Under the pieces are notes generated by a model. The model saw only the letters and a program-made list of their open reading frames with translations, was not told the DNA's origin and searched no databases. Shown piece by piece: positions 25,531 to 34,686 of a stretch of 64,000 nucleotides of DNA (its first letter is position 1; every line of letters begins with the position of its first letter). The DNA is from Setoptus koraiensis (Eukaryota > Animalia > Arthropoda). Both the position numbers and the translations under genes were made by a program. The stretch is from positions 19,282,001-19,346,000 of the forward strand of contig CM106585.1 of the NCBI GenBank assembly GCA_048013815.1, in the 5' to 3' direction.

Positions 25531-28500
25531 TTAAACAATGGTCTCTTTGATTACGTTAGCTGTATGGGAAGTGTGGTTTGTCATAGGAGTCATTTCGGGC
25601 GCTTTTGTTTGTTGTTGTGGTCGATCAATTGCCATTTTTGTCCTGTTGATCGTTGTTTCAGCACTCTTACTGTTTGTTGTTTTATCCGATATCAATGTTG
25701 GATCGTTAGCGCCACCACCTACAAGCTGTTCTTGAGCAACTAGGTTTATTTGACTCTGATCCGCATTGTTAGGTGGTAAAGGGGGCGCTACAACAAATGT
25801 CCGTTTCTCGGTAGCCTGCTGAGAATCACCACCTTGTTGATGTTTGTGACGATCGTCATTATTGGCCCCCTGCTGTTCCGGTGGTTGATCTCTGTCACTG
25901 TCGTAATCCTCTTGCTCTGTGTGTATGTTACCTCGGCCATAGCTTATAACAAAGTCATCCGGATTCGTGGTATCTTTTACATTCTTTGGTAGGTCGCGAT
26001 GAATGTAGGCAAAACTTTTTTGAGATTTCTTTGGTTTTATGTGTGCCGGTAAATTGGCCTCAGCTGGATTGTAATCGGGATCTGAATCTGGGTTATCGTC
26101 ATCTAGCTCTCCCAGTTCGTCTTTATTGCCGTGTTTTAGCTTTCTTGATTTCCTGCTACTCGCCGCTCTTCGTCTTCCATTGTCCTGGCGTCGACCAGCC
26201 GCTCTCCTGTTGGCTGCCGGAGTGTCGTCTTCATCGGCGTCGTCGTCATCGCTGGCGTAGGCATGAGTAGAGCCGGGCCTCAACGATTTCATTTGTTTGG
26301 ACGCCTCACTTAGTTGCGGTCTCTCTTTAGTATGCTCAAATTTAAAAGATTTGCCATATCTAGGGGGCCTATAAGGAACTTCCGGTTGCTGGTTTTGTTG
26401 TGGTTGATACCTGTCATAATTAACTCCATGATTAGGCGCCCGATTGGAGTCCGATTGATGATGCGAGCCTCCGTTATACATTCTTCGGTTCATTGCAGCG
26501 TGATTGGGGTAGTTGCCATTGCCATTGCGGTCTCTTGGAGCTTCAAAACCGTTGCGCCTTCCAGCCATTTGGGCTCTGCTATCTGGTTGATTCACTTGTG
26601 GTTGTCGGGAGTTCATTCCTATATTTGTTCTCATATGATTTTGTTGATTTTCGTTCCTTCTAGCAGCCCTCAGTCTGGCTTCTTCTTCGTCGGGATCTTC
26701 TTCGTCGATATCACGATCTTCGTCGGCCACTCTCAATCTGTTGTTGTTATTATTGTACAATTGCCCTTGTCTCCTTTGAGCTTGTTGCTGTTGTTGGGCA
26801 TAGTTGGAATATTGTAATGATGGTGATTTTCTCATTGGTTGTCGTGGTTTATTTTGTTGCACAACTTGTTGCGTATCTGAATAATCTCCATCTTCGTCCG
26901 CGTCATCTGGATCAATTCTTGTGTTGAGCCTCGAAGCGGCACCTTGTTGTCTATTATTGATAGGTCTTTGATTGTTGTTGCGTCTCTTCTTTGGTTGCAC
27001 TTCGTCGGGATCATCTTCACCGCTCGTTTCCGAATGTTGAACGCGTTTCTTTGGATTCTGTTTGCCAGATTTACTTGGTTTGACCTCCATGAGAGAATCA
27101 TCCTCGTCGTCACCATTAATATCAGGATCTTGACCGTTCTTGCTTTGATAAGTCAAAGTGTGATAGGGATTATCCTCGCTAGGTGGACTATAGATCTTCT
27201 CTGCAACAATTTCGTCCTTTTTGCTGCTAGCATAAGCCATCACATCATTGTTATTATTATTAATGATATTGCTAGTCACTTGTCCAGATAATAATGGCAT
27301 AGTGGCGACATTGGTGGTAGCCGGGAGATGATGATTGGCTCGCATGGTTGACGGTTTCAAAGTCATCAAATCACTGTTGGCCATCAGTTGATTATTGTGC
27401 ATGAGGGGCCCACGATGACTTGGATGTTGGTGGTTTTGTGTAGCCGACATAGGCGGTGCTTGCAGTCTAGGTGGCTGAGGCAGTCTCTGCTGGAAAGCCA
27501 GAGGTTTGGGGCCCTTCTGAAGATGTTGTTGATGCTGCTGTTGTTGTTGTTGTTGAATTTGTTGTTGCTGCTGCAGTTGTTGCTGTTGTTGGTGGTGCTG
27601 ATGCTGCTGTTGTTGTTGTTGCTGCTGCTGCAGTTGTTGCTGCTGCTGTTGCTGTTGAATTTGTTGCTGCTGCTGCAGTTGTTGCTGATTATGGAGATTC
27701 CTTTGCTGCTGGCGATATTGTTGTGTAGTCTGGCCGGCAACCAGTCGTTGTCTCGTGCCAGGAAACGCCACATCCTCGGCGATTGGCATCCTTTCGGTGA
27801 CTTTCTCAGAATTTCGAGGCCTCTCAGAAGTGTGAGGGTTGCGAGCTTGCCTTGGACGCGTCGCCATTGAAGCCATTTGGGCAGGCGGGGGCATGATCAG
27901 GGGTCCAGATCGTCGCGCGTAGGTCAGTTCGTTATTTGGCGTCTGTTTATCCAGCATGGGAGGAGCGGACAGTTGTCTCCGATTGTTGTTTTGACTCTTG
28001 ATATTGTTGGTTGCCGCTAGATCCAGATTATTATTATTATCATCGTCTTTTTTTGCTTGTTGTTCGTGTCCACTAGACGACGCTTCTTTGTTGCCATCAG
28101 GCTGTCTAACTTGTTCGTTGATATTAGATGATTGGCTTACTGTTGTTGATTGTGGTGCTTTTGTTTTACTGCCGGATGAGGAGTCTTGATCATTGGGAAA
28201 ATGACACTCTTTTGTCATAACAACACTAGTTATCTTCCTACTGTTGATAAGATTTTTGTCGTTTGCGTCGGTGGATCGTCTTCGGCGACGAAACGATCCA
28301 TAACCGGTCGTTTGGTATTTGTTGTTTGCGCCCGCTCGGCCAAACTGTCCACTATTTGCCGACGGTACACCCAATCCGTTTGTGGGCATCTCTAGCACTT
28401 CTTTGACAACCGTCTTGCAGCCTTTCTGTTGCATCGTGTTGGGATCTATTTCAATGCTGGGCATCTCAAAGGAAGGACTGTGATAGTCTCTTTCTTGACT

Positions 28501-31500
28501 CGAGGCCCCACTCTGATTGAATGGTTCGTCGTCGGGATCAAAAGCGGCCCCCTCATTTTCATCGGCGTCCGCTTCGCCATCTGCATCAGCGTCCGACTCT
28601 TCGGGATCAACGCCCGATTCTTCGCCGTCCGGTTCGGTGGAGTCCTCATTCGATTCGGAGGCGGACGATTCTGGCTCGTCATCCAAATTGATATCGTCGT
28701 CCTTGGAGGCACTTGTACGTCTGCCTTCCGAGGCGGCCGTGTCCAGTGTGTCTGGCTGAGATTTTTTAGCTTGTGTCAACTGTGGAGAGAGGCGCAAATT
28801 ACTCACATAATTGCCATTAGCTGATTTGCTCAACAACCTAGTGCTATTTTTGTTGTTGCGATTGTTATCCATGTTTAACAAATTACTGTTACCCCTGGAA
28901 ACAATATTGGCCTCAACATGATTATTTTGATGCGGGTCCCAGTTGCCGGGCGACACTGTGTTAGTTTTTTGATTGGTCAGTTTTGCCGCAGTCGGTTGGC
29001 CAGACAAACTAACAGATTTGGGCCCTCTGTTATTAGTTGAGTTTTTGAGAGACAAACGGTCCGACGATTCTAGTCCATTCATGACAATAAATTTGTCTAT
29101 TTGATTGGAGTTATCCAATGAGCGCTTGCTCAAAGTATGCCCATTGGGTGAAACGTTGAGTCTTCGACCGTTATTACTGGCGTCAAAGCCAATATTGTCA
29201 TAGTCAGGAGTCGCAGTTGTGGCCTCTGTTGCAGGACGGACGTTTGTCATTGTGTTGATCGTCATTGGAAAATTCAGAAATTTAGGCGAATCGTCCACGT
29301 CATTATTAGTATTCTCAGGTAAATTGTTGTTGCGATTGTTGCTGATCATTGTGAACGACATTGTGTTGCGTCTTGGCGGTTGCACTGTTGGTTGGGGCGC
29401 GTTAGTGTGAAAAGTTGCCGGTCGCACTTGTGGCCTATCAACAAATATAGGCATCTCTGTTGATGTTGAGCCCAGTAAATCAGTGTCAGGTACTAGAAAA
29501 TTGTTTGTTGAAATCATTTGACCAAAGTCTCTGGCCGACATAATAGCTGGCTTGAGGCCGGCTAGTCCACTTGTGTCTATCAAGACCTGATTAACAACAG
29601 GCGATTGTCGACTTTTAGGACCGCCATTGGATACTATTTCTCGTAGTATATTCTTAACTAACGATGGCCTATCTCTATCGTGCCCATACGGTTGTGATGT
29701 CTTTGTTTGAATAATTGCAAACGTCTTTTGTTGGATCTCATCAGCAGGCAGTTGCATACTATCCACGTGTTGTTGTACCTGTTCCATTGTTGTTGATTTC
29801 GGTGGTGTGATTACTGTCATTGAAATCTGCTTGAAGTCGCCCGGCTGATTTTGGGTCATGTTGGAGGCCATCATGAGGACCATCGCATCTTCTTGTTCGT
29901 CCTCTTGATTGCTGGTGGGCGACACTGGACCCTTGTCGAGATCAGTCTTGTTGATCTGTTGTTGTTGTTGCTGCTGCTGTTGTTCCATGAAGTGCATCTT
30001 GAAGGCATCGGTTGAGGCTTGAATCATCTTCATAACCGGATGGTCTAACATTGCTTGTGTTGTCTCATTGATAGTTTCACTTGGTTTTGTTGGCATCACC
30101 TGAATTATCATACGGCCATCGCTTTGTTGTGACACAACAGTCATTTGTTGCGGTGCTACTGGCGACAAATCTTGCTTGTCCGTTTGTTGTTGTTGTTGCT
30201 GGTCTGTAGATGTTGTCTGCTTGGTGTTTTGTTCGCAATCATTAGCCGACTGAGTTGTTTGTTTCGTCGAGGACGACAAAGATGACAAAGGTATCATATC
30301 GAATGGCAGTGTGTTGTTGATTAGTTTGTTGCTCCTATTGACCGGCTTTCGAATGTCCGCACTGCGTCTAGTGAACTGAGCTATATTTGAATCAAATATG
30401 TCCCCTCCATCTGGTGTGTTCGAGTTGCGATTCTCCAATTTAGCAAGCTTCTTTTCAGAGGACAAGGTACCCTGCAATTGTATCGGGAAGTGCATTTGGT
30501 CGCCATCTTGGTTTTTCATATTCACTATCATTTGAATTGGTGGTCTTATCAGATTTGGATCGACACCGTTCTTGAGACTGGCAGTGATATTGCTCAAATT
30601 AAAAGATTGTTGCTTGTTTGTATGGTCAACTAATCGTGTTCTCTTGTCATCATCACTATCACTATTCCTGGTTCCCTCATCCCTACTGTTTTCATTCACC
30701 TCATTGTTGCTGTCATGCAACATCATCAGCATGTTCTTTTTCATTTCCTGGGTCAGCTTCAATGGTTTCATTAAAGGTGGCGGTGGTGACGAGGGGATAG
30801 GCGATATTCTTGGTTGTTGTTGTTGCTGCTGCTGTTGGTGAGGCTGATCGTGGAACCTCATGTTAACGCTTATTTGCTGCTGATCGAACGTAGATTGTTG
30901 ATTGGGATGTTGATTATCACTATGTTGTCGGGTATGATGATCGTTATGATGTTGAGTATGGCGATCATCATGAGGTTGAGTATGATGATCATCATGATGT
31001 TGAGTATGATGATCATCATGATGTTGAGTATGATGATCATCGTGGCGATGGTAATTATCGTCATGGTGGTCTTGGTGGTGCTGGTGGTGATGATGAAAAT
31101 CGTCGCTGGTTTGGTTGTGAGTTTGATTAAAGTGACAGTCTTCATCGAAGCAATCTTTCGTTTGTGAATCATGCTGATGATAGCTAGTAGTGTGATGATC
31201 AAGCTTGGGCTTATTGTCGTCCTGCTGATGAGGGTATTTTGTGGTGGATTTGGTTTGTTCGCCATTGTACGATGATATTGGTGGTCTGTCAAACTCATTA
31301 GGTCGATGATCTTGACTGTAAGCTGAGGCCACTGACGAATAAAATGCCACAGGCTTTTGGGTTTTCGTGGTTTGCTGGTGATGGTGATTACTATTGATTG
31401 GACGAGACGACTGATGCTGCTGATACTGAGCTGCTGATAATGGTGGCTCGCTGTCAACACCGCCAACCTGTTGTTGCTGTTGTTGATAGGATACAGTGGC

Positions 31501-32124
31501 GTACATTGGCACCTGATTGAGATCCTGGCCAACTTGTTGTTGCTGTTCCACAGCAAATTGATTAATACGTGGATCATCATTAGTGTCATGATGTTGACCA
31601 AAAACAGCATTCTCAACCAGAGGGGCTCCATTGTGCGTATGGGCACTCGAAATGTTATCGTGATCTGTTGTTGATGATGCTCTGCGCTCGAAGTGATCAT
31701 GCTGATCTGGCGAATGTTGCTCAGCGCGTTTTATTGACGGAATTGAACGATTTCTGACATTTGATCTGTTTCTGCCAACATATTCAAGTTTGAATTTGCT
31801 ACCATTGTCGCTGTTGTAGTTTGTTTTGTTATTTTGGCCAGTCCCTTCTAATTGGTGGTGTTTTGAAAGTAATGCAGCGCCATTATTTGATAATGTAGAC
31901 CTGAAACTGTTAGCAATTGGTGACGATATCATGACACGATGATTTGTTACGCCATTAATTATATCAACAGGCTCATTAGATAGTTCGGGTTTGGCTGCAT
32001 GACCCGAGGTGGGCACAGATGAGGATGAGTGTGCGCTCTGATATATGGCAAATGCTGGCGAGATTAACAAGATTATGCTAGCGATTGTGCTAAACACAAA
32101 ACTTTGTTTTGCATTGAAGCACAT
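25531..32124 (-). CDS. Very large secreted low-complexity (Q/N/H/D-rich) protein, ~2197 aa, single coding exon
   Basis: 6.6-kb open frame. ATG 32124 is followed by signal-like FVFSTIASIILLISPAFA. Contains multibasic sites (LSKRS, RRRRRS) and no recognised domain. Confidence 0.85.
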   Translation of the reverse strand: MCFNAKQSFVFSTIASIILLISPAFAIYQSAHSSSSVPTSGHAAKPELSNEPVDIINGVTNHRVMISSPIANSFRSTLSNNGAALLSKHHQLEGTGQNNKTNYNSDNGSKFKLEYVGRNRSNVRNRSIPSIKRAEQHSPDQHDHFERRASSTTDHDNISSAHTHNGAPLVENAVFGQHHDTNDDPRINQFAVEQQQQVGQDLNQVPMYATVSYQQQQQQVGGVDSEPPLSAAQYQQHQSSRPINSNHHHQQTTKTQKPVAFYSSVASAYSQDHRPNEFDRPPISSYNGEQTKSTTKYPHQQDDNKPKLDHHTTSYHQHDSQTKDCFDEDCHFNQTHNQTSDDFHHHHQHHQDHHDDNYHRHDDHHTQHHDDHHTQHHDDHHTQPHDDRHTQHHNDHHTRQHSDNQHPNQQSTFDQQQISVNMRFHDQPHQQQQQQQQPRISPIPSSPPPPLMKPLKLTQEMKKNMLMMLHDSNNEVNENSRDEGTRNSDSDDDKRTRLVDHTNKQQSFNLSNITASLKNGVDPNLIRPPIQMIVNMKNQDGDQMHFPIQLQGTLSSEKKLAKLENRNSNTPDGGDIFDSNIAQFTRRSADIRKPVNRSNKLINNTLPFDMIPLSSLSSSTKQTTQSANDCEQNTKQTTSTDQQQQQQTDKQDLSPVAPQQMTVVSQQSDGRMIIQVMPTKPSETINETTQAMLDHPVMKMIQASTDAFKMHFMEQQQQQQQQQINKTDLDKGPVSPTSNQEDEQEDAMVLMMASNMTQNQPGDFKQISMTVITPPKSTTMEQVQQHVDSMQLPADEIQQKTFAIIQTKTSQPYGHDRDRPSLVKNILREIVSNGGPKSRQSPVVNQVLIDTSGLAGLKPAIMSARDFGQMISTNNFLVPDTDLLGSTSTEMPIFVDRPQVRPATFHTNAPQPTVQPPRRNTMSFTMISNNRNNNLPENTNNDVDDSPKFLNFPMTINTMTNVRPATEATTATPDYDNIGFDASNNGRRLNVSPNGHTLSKRSLDNSNQIDKFIVMNGLESSDRLSLKNSTNNRGPKSVSLSGQPTAAKLTNQKTNTVSPGNWDPHQNNHVEANIVSRGNSNLLNMDNNRNNKNSTRLLSKSANGNYVSNLRLSPQLTQAKKSQPDTLDTAASEGRRTSASKDDDINLDDEPESSASESNEDSTEPDGEESGVDPEESDADADGEADADENEGAAFDPDDEPFNQSGASSQERDYHSPSFEMPSIEIDPNTMQQKGCKTVVKEVLEMPTNGLGVPSANSGQFGRAGANNKYQTTGYGSFRRRRRSTDANDKNLINSRKITSVVMTKECHFPNDQDSSSGSKTKAPQSTTVSQSSNINEQVRQPDGNKEASSSGHEQQAKKDDDNNNNLDLAATNNIKSQNNNRRQLSAPPMLDKQTPNNELTYARRSGPLIMPPPAQMASMATRPRQARNPHTSERPRNSEKVTERMPIAEDVAFPGTRQRLVAGQTTQQYRQQQRNLHNQQQLQQQQQIQQQQQQQQLQQQQQQQQQHQHHQQQQQLQQQQQIQQQQQQQHQQHLQKGPKPLAFQQRLPQPPRLQAPPMSATQNHQHPSHRGPLMHNNQLMANSDLMTLKPSTMRANHHLPATTNVATMPLLSGQVTSNIINNNNNDVMAYASSKKDEIVAEKIYSPPSEDNPYHTLTYQSKNGQDPDINGDDEDDSLMEVKPSKSGKQNPKKRVQHSETSGEDDPDEVQPKKRRNNNQRPINNRQQGAASRLNTRIDPDDADEDGDYSDTQQVVQQNKPRQPMRKSPSLQYSNYAQQQQQAQRRQGQLYNNNNNRLRVADEDRDIDEEDPDEEEARLRAARRNENQQNHMRTNIGMNSRQPQVNQPDSRAQMAGRRNGFEAPRDRNGNGNYPNHAAMNRRMYNGGSHHQSDSNRAPNHGVNYDRYQPQQNQQPEVPYRPPRYGKSFKFEHTKERPQLSEASKQMKSLRPGSTHAYASDDDDADEDDTPAANRRAAGRRQDNGRRRAASSRKSRKLKHGNKDELGELDDDNPDSDPDYNPAEANLPAHIKPKKSQKSFAYIHRDLPKNVKDTTNPDDFVISYGRGNIHTEQEDYDSDRDQPPEQQGANNDDRHKHQQGGDSQQATEKRTFVVAPPLPPNNADQSQINLVAQEQLVGGGANDPTLISDKTTNSKSAETTINRTKMAIDRPQQQTKAPEMTPMTNHTSHTANVIKETIV
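30933..31043 (-). repeat. 24-bp coding tandem repeat (HDDHHTQH, ~4.6 copies)
   Basis: Units start at 30933, 30957, 30981, 31005 and 31029 on the plus strand. Confidence 0.9.
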
Positions 32125-32768
32125 AGTTGATTGAGACAAGATATTGTTGTTTCCGGTTATTGTCGTGTTTGATTGTTATATTTGAAAGACGATGATCAGT
32201 TGTCTCCATTCAACACTGGCCATTGCCGTGTGACTTACCTTATGAGATGCATCATGAGTGCTGTTTGATGTTTGCTGATGTATTTTGATGCTGGCCGATC
32301 AGATCGGAAGAACAGATAATTGAGTTTTGCAATAAATTATGTTAATATTACTATACTATGCAGTGGGCTGTTTCTTAAATTATATGAATTTTATTGATAA
32401 TAACAATATAATTGCTATTACATAATAGTTTATAGAGTAACATTGATGACAATTATCTTGATACATGATGCTGATTGTGATATGCTGCTGATATATCAGA
32501 TGAGCACTTGTTGACACTAGATAGATATGATGGTATCAAATGTATAATATCTCATACAGGTAGAAAGGAAATATTATTACTATTGATTGTCGGTGATTTA
32601 TGGTTGACTAATTCAATCAAACAGAGTAAGATTTCTGCTACCGACACACCAATTGGCTCTACCGTAAAACCGAATTAAATCACCTTATCTCACCTCACCT
32701 CACTTCACTTCACTGCACTTCACTTTATGCCGGTACGATCCGCTTCATTTTACTTCACTTCTCCTTGT

Positions 32769-33397
32769 TTCTCTTCTTTCCACTTGACTTCGCTTCGCTT
32801 TGATCTGCTCTAGACATAATTTTACCTCACTGTGAGGAAGCTAACTAAGTGTTAATGGTACTCCATTAAAGTCGACCGCCTGAATCATCTCCAATCACCA
32901 AACTTGTCACTAGTGCTCTAATTCTAATCACTTTGATGTGCACAACTACTACTAGGTCAGTGAGGAAGATTATAATGGTTCAAACGGTGCAATTTGACGA
33001 CATGTTGTTGTGTCTGGATAATAATACTTCAGCAGTTCGACAATGCGAACAATGTGTGTGTGTTCTCTCATCAACACTCAACATCTATTAATTGTTTGTT
33101 CACCCTGTTCTAGACAAGATCCATCCAACTACTGAAGTATTATTATCCAGACACAACAACATGTTGTCACATTGCACCGTTTGAACCATTATAATCTTCC
33201 TCACTGACCTAGCAGTAGTTGTGCACTTCTCAAAGTGATGAGAATTAGAGCACTAGTGACAAGTTTGGTGATTGGAGATGATTCAGGCGGTCGACTTTAA
33301 TGGAGTACCATTAACACTTAGTTAGCTTCCTCACAGTGAGGTAAAATTATGTCTAGAGCAGATCAAAGCGAAGCGAAGTCAAGTGGAAAGAAGAGAA
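32769..33397. repeat. Long inverted repeat (269/271-bp arms, 89-nt spacer)
   Basis: 32769-33037 is the reverse complement of 33127-33397. The outer 157 bp are identical; the inner part has 5 substitutions and one substitution plus 2-nt indel. Confidence 0.97.
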
Positions 33398-33434
33398 CCA
33401 CTCGATCATTGTTGATAATTGATCACTAAACTTT

Positions 33435-34106
33435 TCAATGATGAAACTTTAATGATGAAACTTGATATAATGCATTCGATACAATTTTTATCAATGCCTC
33501 AACGCTTTGAGCTAGTTTATCATAATTATTATCACTCTTTGTTGTTGTTAATGTTGTTTGTTTCAATTCCTTCTTGTAAATGTTGTCACTAAAAATAATA
33601 GTATTAGATAATGCATCTTTAAGATCTTCCAAGTTCTTTTTGTAAATGTTGTCACTAATAATAATAATATTAGATAATGCATCTTTAAGACCTTCCAACT
33701 TCTTTTTGTAACACAAATAACTCTTGTGCCTAGTGGATATAGTATCTAGTGCAGAGGAGACTAACTCTAGAGCTTCGTTCGAGCTTTTTTCCGCTTGTAT
33801 CTGCGAAATTAAATCTTCAATTTTGAGCTCTTCTTCTTCGCGAATCCTTAGCAATGTATCCAGATCGCTCTCAATAATTTCAGACTTGTCGCTTTTTTCC
33901 TTGAATATTGCTTGTAGTTCGTTCAAGTCATCTGTTGCCGTCAAGCCGGGATTCTTCTTTGTCAACAATGTTGACTCCTTTAGAAGATTGATGAATCGCC
34001 GACATAGTGACCCATGTCGAGGATGATAAATGAGGCCTCTCAGATGGGTCTCATTCATGTTAGTCAGGCCTAGATCTTTTTGCATCCATAAAGTTAATTC
34101 ATCCAT
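33435..34106 (-). CDS. Uncharacterised coiled-coil protein, 223 aa
   Basis: Single ORF with ATG in AGAAATGG context, heptad-like E/K/L-rich middle and an internal 22-aa duplication. Confidence 0.72.
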   Translation of the reverse strand: MDELTLWMQKDLGLTNMNETHLRGLIYHPRHGSLCRRFINLLKESTLLTKKNPGLTATDDLNELQAIFKEKSDKSEIIESDLDTLLRIREEEELKIEDLISQIQAEKSSNEALELVSSALDTISTRHKSYLCYKKKLEGLKDALSNIIIISDNIYKKNLEDLKDALSNTIIFSDNIYKKELKQTTLTTTKSDNNYDKLAQSVEALIKIVSNALYQVSSLKFHH

Positions 34107-34234
34107 TTCTTTAACAATATTATTTTGGTTTATCTTGGGTTATAATTGGAGAGCAACTAGTCAAGATTTATCTATAGTAACATCATGAAATCTAATAGCA
34201 ACAGTGATAATAATAATAATATTAATAATAGCGC

Positions 34235-34549
34235 TTGAAGTGGGACAACATGTGGGAAAAGCGGTGTTGTCTCGGCGATCGTGGGGCTGATACTTTCCAC
34301 AACTTTAGGTGCAAAAGAGTATAGTGACCGTAGGGTATCACTCCTCCCTCATGCTCCCACCAAGCAGGAGCCTCCTCTCTCGCTACTCCTGCGGGGAGTG
34401 TGCAAGTTGCACTCCTCATTTCTCATAGCCTTCAGATGCAATTGAGGAGTGTGGGAAAACAGCGACGGGAGACGGTTCTCACGGGAGATCTCTCCCAACC
34501 TAGTTTCAAATTTCCCGGTGAGTGCTGCTTTTGGACTGTCGCGCTTCAA
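34235..34549 (+). ncRNA. Unclassified structured RNA candidate (~315 nt)
   Basis: GC-richer island between AT-rich flanks. The ends pair (34235-47 with 34537-49; 34257-68 with 34521-32, four G-U) and there are several internal hairpins. Most wobble pairs work only on the plus strand. Confidence 0.5.
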
Positions 34550-34686
34550 CAAAATTTTCATTTTCAATTGTATTATTATTGTTTATGATTGTTTCTGCGA
34601 ATGCAATCAATTAAGGGCAGTCGGCCCTGCATTGTATCAAAGAGATTATTTGCGACATTATTGAAGACTTGTAACAATCTTCAAAC

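Noticed and set aside
25538-31700. Antisense and alternate-frame ORFs inside the giant gene (e.g. 27388-27870, 30814-31167, 30870-31700)
   Set aside because: Shadows of CAA/CAG/GAT-rich coding sequence.
32769-33397. MITE or foldback transposon call for the inverted repeat
   Set aside because: Flanks (CTTGT and CCACT) show no target-site duplication and there is no second copy in the window; kept as an inverted repeat only.
34410-34451. Hammerhead-like CTGAAGG...GAAA on the minus strand
   Set aside because: Core deviates from CUGANGA, there is no UH cleavage site, and stems I and II cannot form.
34494-34503. CCCAACCTAG as a telomerase template for TTAGG
   Set aside because: Only 6 nt (AACCTA) match (CCTAA)n and it lies near the 3' end; insufficient alone.
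34231-34550. RNase P RNA on the minus strand (GGGAAATTTGAAACTAGG, GTGAGAA, TGGAAA resemble CR-I/II/III)
   Set aside because: No P3 hairpin, no proper CR-V before a P1 strand, and most G-U pairs favour the plus strand.
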